A DNA stretch of 64,000 nucleotides from Candidatus Thermosaccharophagus tengchongensis (GTDB lineage: Bacteria; Armatimonadota; Fervidibacteria; Fervidibacterales; Thermosaccharophagaceae). Both the position numbers and the translations under genes were made by a program. The notes below the pieces were generated by a model. The model saw only the letters and a program-made list of their open reading frames with translations. It ran no database searches and was not told the DNA's origin. Of this stretch, positions 60,411 to 64,000 are shown piece by piece. How positions within the stretch are numbered: position 1 is the first letter of the stretch; each line of letters starts with the position of its first letter. The DNA lies in assembly GCA_032161105.1 (NCBI GenBank), contig JAVHTD010000006.1. One strand, given 5' to 3'.

Positions 60411-61475
60411 ATGGGAGGGTCACTCTGCAATGCATGCTGTTTTGGCTTGGGAGCTTTGCCGCTCCTATCCGACGCTGAGACGCGCTCAATATCGGCTGAG
60501 AACCCGACCGGTGAGAAGGGGAAAGGCGCTATGGCTGTCCCGGATGAAAAAAGCCCAGCATCAAATCTTGGTGTCGGGTGGAAGGTTCGCCCATGTATAA
60601 CGCTCCCATCGGAAAGCACAACGACGCTTGCCGACATTAAGGGCAGCGGCATCATCCAACATATCTGGATGACGGTTGATGTGCGCGCATACAGGGATTG
60701 CATCCTCCGCTTCTATTGGGATGATGAACCAACTCCATCAGTTGAAGTCCCGCTTGGTGACTTCTTCTGCAACGGGCACGGCTTGAGATACAATGTGAAC
60801 TCGCTCCCCATAGCCGTTAATCCATCCGGCGGATTCAACTGCTACTTCCCGATGCCTTTCAGGAAGCGGGCGCTGATTACGATTGAAAATCAGCGCTGGG
60901 AAGACATCGGCGGCTTTTTCTACCAAGTCACATACACCATTACCGATGTGCCCGATGATGCAGCCTACTTCCACGCGCAATGGCGCCGCTCAATGACGAG
61001 GCGTGAATATCCAGAGCACATCATTCTTGATGGTGTTATCGGAAGGGGTCATTATGTCGGGACATTCATAGCGTGGACGCAGCTCTCAAACGGTTGGTGG
61101 GGTGAAGGTGAGGTAAAGTTCTACATTGACGGCGATACGGATTACCCAACGATTTGCGGCACTGGCACGGAGGATTACTTTGGTGGCGCATGGGGCTTCG
61201 GTGGTCAAACATATTGCACGCCTTTCCTCGGTTACCCGCTGTATCGCAACGAACCGGGTGAGGTGCCAAGACACGCCCTTTACAGATGGCACATATGCGA
61301 CCCGATAAGATTTAAGCACGACCTTAAGGTCACGATTCAGGCTCTCGGATGGTATCCGAATGGAAAATATCAGCCGCTCACTGACGACATCGCCTCGGTA
61401 GCCTACTGGTATCAAACCGAACCACATGCGTCATTCCCGCCCATGCCGCCAATACATGAGCGATGGTCACGGTGA
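60411..61475 (+). CDS. DUF2961 / GH172 glycoside hydrolase
   Basis: SAENPTGEKG, PSVEVPLGDFF, WWGEGE.KFYIDGD, GTGTEDYF. Confidence 0.93.
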   Translation: MGGSLCNACCFGLGALPLLSDAETRSISAENPTGEKGKGAMAVPDEKSPASNLGVGWKVRPCITLPSESTTTLADIKGSGIIQHIWMTVDVRAYRDCILRFYWDDEPTPSVEVPLGDFFCNGHGLRYNVNSLPIAVNPSGGFNCYFPMPFRKRALITIENQRWEDIGGFFYQVTYTITDVPDDAAYFHAQWRRSMTRREYPEHIILDGVIGRGHYVGTFIAWTQLSNGWWGEGEVKFYIDGDTDYPTICGTGTEDYFGGAWGFGGQTYCTPFLGYPLYRNEPGEVPRHALYRWHICDPIRFKHDLKVTIQALGWYPNGKYQPLTDDIASVAYWYQTEPHASFPPMPPIHERWSR

Positions 61476-61610
61476 ATAGCCGTGTGGCAAACTCGGTGCA
61501 TGTTAAAGACTTGAATTGCAGCGGCAAAATGGGTGATGGTTTTTTCGGATAACATCGTTGTTCATAGCAGCGCCGTAAAAACTGCGCAAGCTAACGGGTG
61601 GTGAACGAAG

Positions 61611-62819
61611 ATGTCTTCACATGAACCCATAAGGCTCGCGATGGTTGGGTGCGGTGGTATAGCGCGTGCACACCTTAGGGGTTACATTGAGCTGAAGCAG
61701 CGTGAGCCCGAGCTTTTCAAATTTGTAGCCATGTGCGATCCGGTCAGGGAGCGTGCTGAGGGGTTTGCAAATGAGGCATCAAAAGTTCAAACCGAGCGCA
61801 TCGGAATCTACACCGACCTTGATGAGATGCTCAAAGACGAGGCAGTTGATGCGGTGGACATTTGCACGCCGCACGGTTTGCATCACATTCACGCAGTGAA
61901 ATGCATGGAGGCAGGCGCACATGTGCTATTGGAGAAGCCCGTCGGGATAACAATAAAGGCTGCCAAAGTCGTCGTTGAGGCATCAAAGCGCCTCGGCAAG
62001 ATAGCGGCAACTGCAGAGCAATGTTTTCGCAGTCTCCCGGCGAGGACAGCGAAGTGGGCGATATGTGAGCTTGGGCTGATTGGCGAGCCGAGGTTGTTCT
62101 ATGCGCAGCAAATCTCTTGGAGCCCGCCGGCTGCCGAATGGAATGCTCCAAAGTGGCACTGGCGAGTTGACCGATACCTTGGTGGTGGCGGATTGGTGTT
62201 TGACAGCGGTGTGCATTTCGTGCACACCATGCGAGTCCTATTCGGTGAGGTTGAGAGCGTCTATGCGCAGGTGAAGCAACTGCAGAAACGACCACACAAC
62301 AGGGATGGTCAAATCGTTTACGACTTCCGAGAGGACACATGGATGGCGATACTCAACTTCTCATCCGGCGTGAGGGGCTTTTGGAGTTACACATCGGCAG
62401 CACCTGCTCACCAGTTTACGCATGTCGTCTATTATGGCAGTGAGGGGGCATTGATTGACTCCGGCGATGCGTTTCACGGTCCGTTTTCCGGGGCGCTCAT
62501 TCACCGTGCCGATGGGAGGGTGCGCCGCCTCTCCGAGTTGCAAAACGAATTCCTGCAAAGCCTTGATGAGGAGAAGCGCCAGCGCCTGTTCCCTTACGGC
62601 ATTACTGAGCCATTCACAATTGAGTGCTATGACTTCCTTGACGCAATCAGGAGTGGGCGCCAGCCGGAAGTTAGCGCCGAGGATGGATTAAAGGATGAGG
62701 CTGTATCAATCGCAATTTACGAATCGGCTGCCACTGGCAATGCCATCAAAGTCCAAGATGTCGTCAACGGCAATGTTGAATGCTATCAAGCCGACATAAA
62801 CGCCCATTGGGGGCTTTGA
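61611..62819 (+). CDS. Gfo/Idh/MocA oxidoreductase
   Basis: VGCGGIA, LLEKP, DSGVH. Confidence 0.92.
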   Translation: MSSHEPIRLAMVGCGGIARAHLRGYIELKQREPELFKFVAMCDPVRERAEGFANEASKVQTERIGIYTDLDEMLKDEAVDAVDICTPHGLHHIHAVKCMEAGAHVLLEKPVGITIKAAKVVVEASKRLGKIAATAEQCFRSLPARTAKWAICELGLIGEPRLFYAQQISWSPPAAEWNAPKWHWRVDRYLGGGGLVFDSGVHFVHTMRVLFGEVESVYAQVKQLQKRPHNRDGQIVYDFREDTWMAILNFSSGVRGFWSYTSAAPAHQFTHVVYYGSEGALIDSGDAFHGPFSGALIHRADGRVRRLSELQNEFLQSLDEEKRQRLFPYGITEPFTIECYDFLDAIRSGRQPEVSAEDGLKDEAVSIAIYESAATGNAIKVQDVVNGNVECYQADINAHWGL

Positions 62820-63191
62820 TGCGCATTCGCTGAAACTCCGATGGCGCAAGCTGAAGCGACCGTGCTAACCACAGCGCTTGCCGCAATGGCTGCAGCGGTG
62901 TTGTGGCATATCCCATCGCGATTTTGAGCGGCGTAAAAGCCAACAAAATGCCGCTCAAGTTCACACCCCTGACTGGAGCGCTTTTTGCTTGGAAGCTCTC
63001 TGTGCATAAGGGACGATAGGAACTGCGTGTGCTATCTTGATGGTTAGGAAGTATCAGTGGACGCAGGTGCACTACAACGATGCCTATCAAAACATGTGCC
63101 CAATGCCATATGTCATAGCGCCTCAAATCTTGAACGCATAACGGACAGGGGTGGTCGTCACTGTGATAGCGTGTTAAGGTGGCGATTGGCG

Positions 63192-64000
63192 ATGGACATC
63201 CGTCATTACGGGCAGACGCCGATGCTCCGCCAATACCTTCGCATCAAGCAGCAATATCCCGATGTCATATTGCTCTTTCGCCTCGGCGACTTCTATGAGA
63301 TGTTCGGTGAGGACGCGAAGATTGGCTCTCAGGTGCTTCAGCTCGTCTTGACTTCACGCGACTTCGGCAAGGGAATAAGATTGCCCATGTGCGGTATACC
63401 TCACCATGCAGTTGAGCGGTATATCGGCAAGCTCCTTGAAGCCGGTTACAAAGTCGCGGTGTGTGAGCAACTTGATGATGCTGCGACGAGCGGCAAGTTG
63501 ATGCGCCGTGAAGTCGTGCGTGTCCTGACCCCCGGGACAGTCGTTGAAGAGCCATTCTTGGATGCCCGTGAGAATAACTTCCTCGTGGCGCTTTACCCGG
63601 ATGAGCGTTGGCATAAGTGCGGGATAGCTGTCGTTGATGTCTCAACTGGCGAATTCGCCGTGACAGAGGTTGACACATCAAACGGCTATGACCAAGTGGC
63701 AGATGAGCTTGGCAGGTTGCAACCTGCCGAAATCCTTTTACCTCGCAATATCTCCGAGGACGCATCATTGGTGGCACAGCTGTTAAGTTCATGCTCACCG
63801 CGCATAACGCCATATCAAATTGACCCGCTCATGTCGCCATCGCCGGCTCAAATTTTGATGAACCACTTTGGCACGACATCACTTAAGGGCTTTGGATGTG
63901 AGGATATGGACGCCGCAATTGTTGCGGCGGCAATGGTTCTCTCGTATCTCAAGGAGACGCACATGGCGACTCTTGAGCACATACGCAGGTTGAGCACATA
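63192..64000 (+). CDS. mutS: DNA mismatch repair protein MutS, N-terminal part (runs off the window end)
   Basis: Manual translation TPMLRQYL.IK..YPD..LLFRLGDFYEMF, PMCGIP.H, REVVRV.TPGT. Confidence 0.96.
   Translation, partial: MDIRHYGQTPMLRQYLRIKQQYPDVILLFRLGDFYEMFGEDAKIGSQVLQLVLTSRDFGKGIRLPMCGIPHHAVERYIGKLLEAGYKVAVCEQLDDAATSGKLMRREVVRVLTPGTVVEEPFLDARENNFLVALYPDERWHKCGIAVVDVSTGEFAVTEVDTSNGYDQVADELGRLQPAEILLPRNISEDASLVAQLLSSCSPRITPYQIDPLMSPSPAQILMNHFGTTSLKGFGCEDMDAAIVAAAMVLSYLKETHMATLEHIRRLST

Noticed and set aside
62820..63191. Possible small RNA or ORF upstream of mutS
   Set aside because: No recognisable structure, motif or well-supported ORF

Overview
Chromosomal window from a diderm bacterium. 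An Armatimonadota / Fervidibacteria-like thermophile is inferred from the prepilin H-X9-DG protein, the S55 fusion, kdsD and the carbohydrate enzymes; no taxonomic marker was tested. The window contains the replication origin: dnaA - oriC (about 25689-26179) - dnaN - recF - DUF721/dciA. This block looks AT-richer than its flanks and lacks the usual rpmH/rnpA/yidC and gyrB neighbours. Genes left of 20 kb are almost all on the minus strand: tilS (partial), PHP, acyl-CoA synthetase, fused sugar ABC, coaBC, SpoIVB-S55 fusion, icd, tRNA-Thr, ftsEX, pheA. Genes to the right include a Ski2-like helicase, kdsD, a beta-helix CAZyme, fabDH, glgA, secA, frameshifted prfB, GH172 and mutS (partial). No CRISPR array, prophage or IS was seen. 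The best candidate for an undescribed system is a five-gene membrane cluster at 44062-48398: two paralogous membrane-anchored alpha/beta proteins (one DUF6754-like), two polytopic membrane proteins (one with an inserted carbohydrate-binding-like domain) and a small conserved partner. Family assignments come from motif recognition, not database searches.
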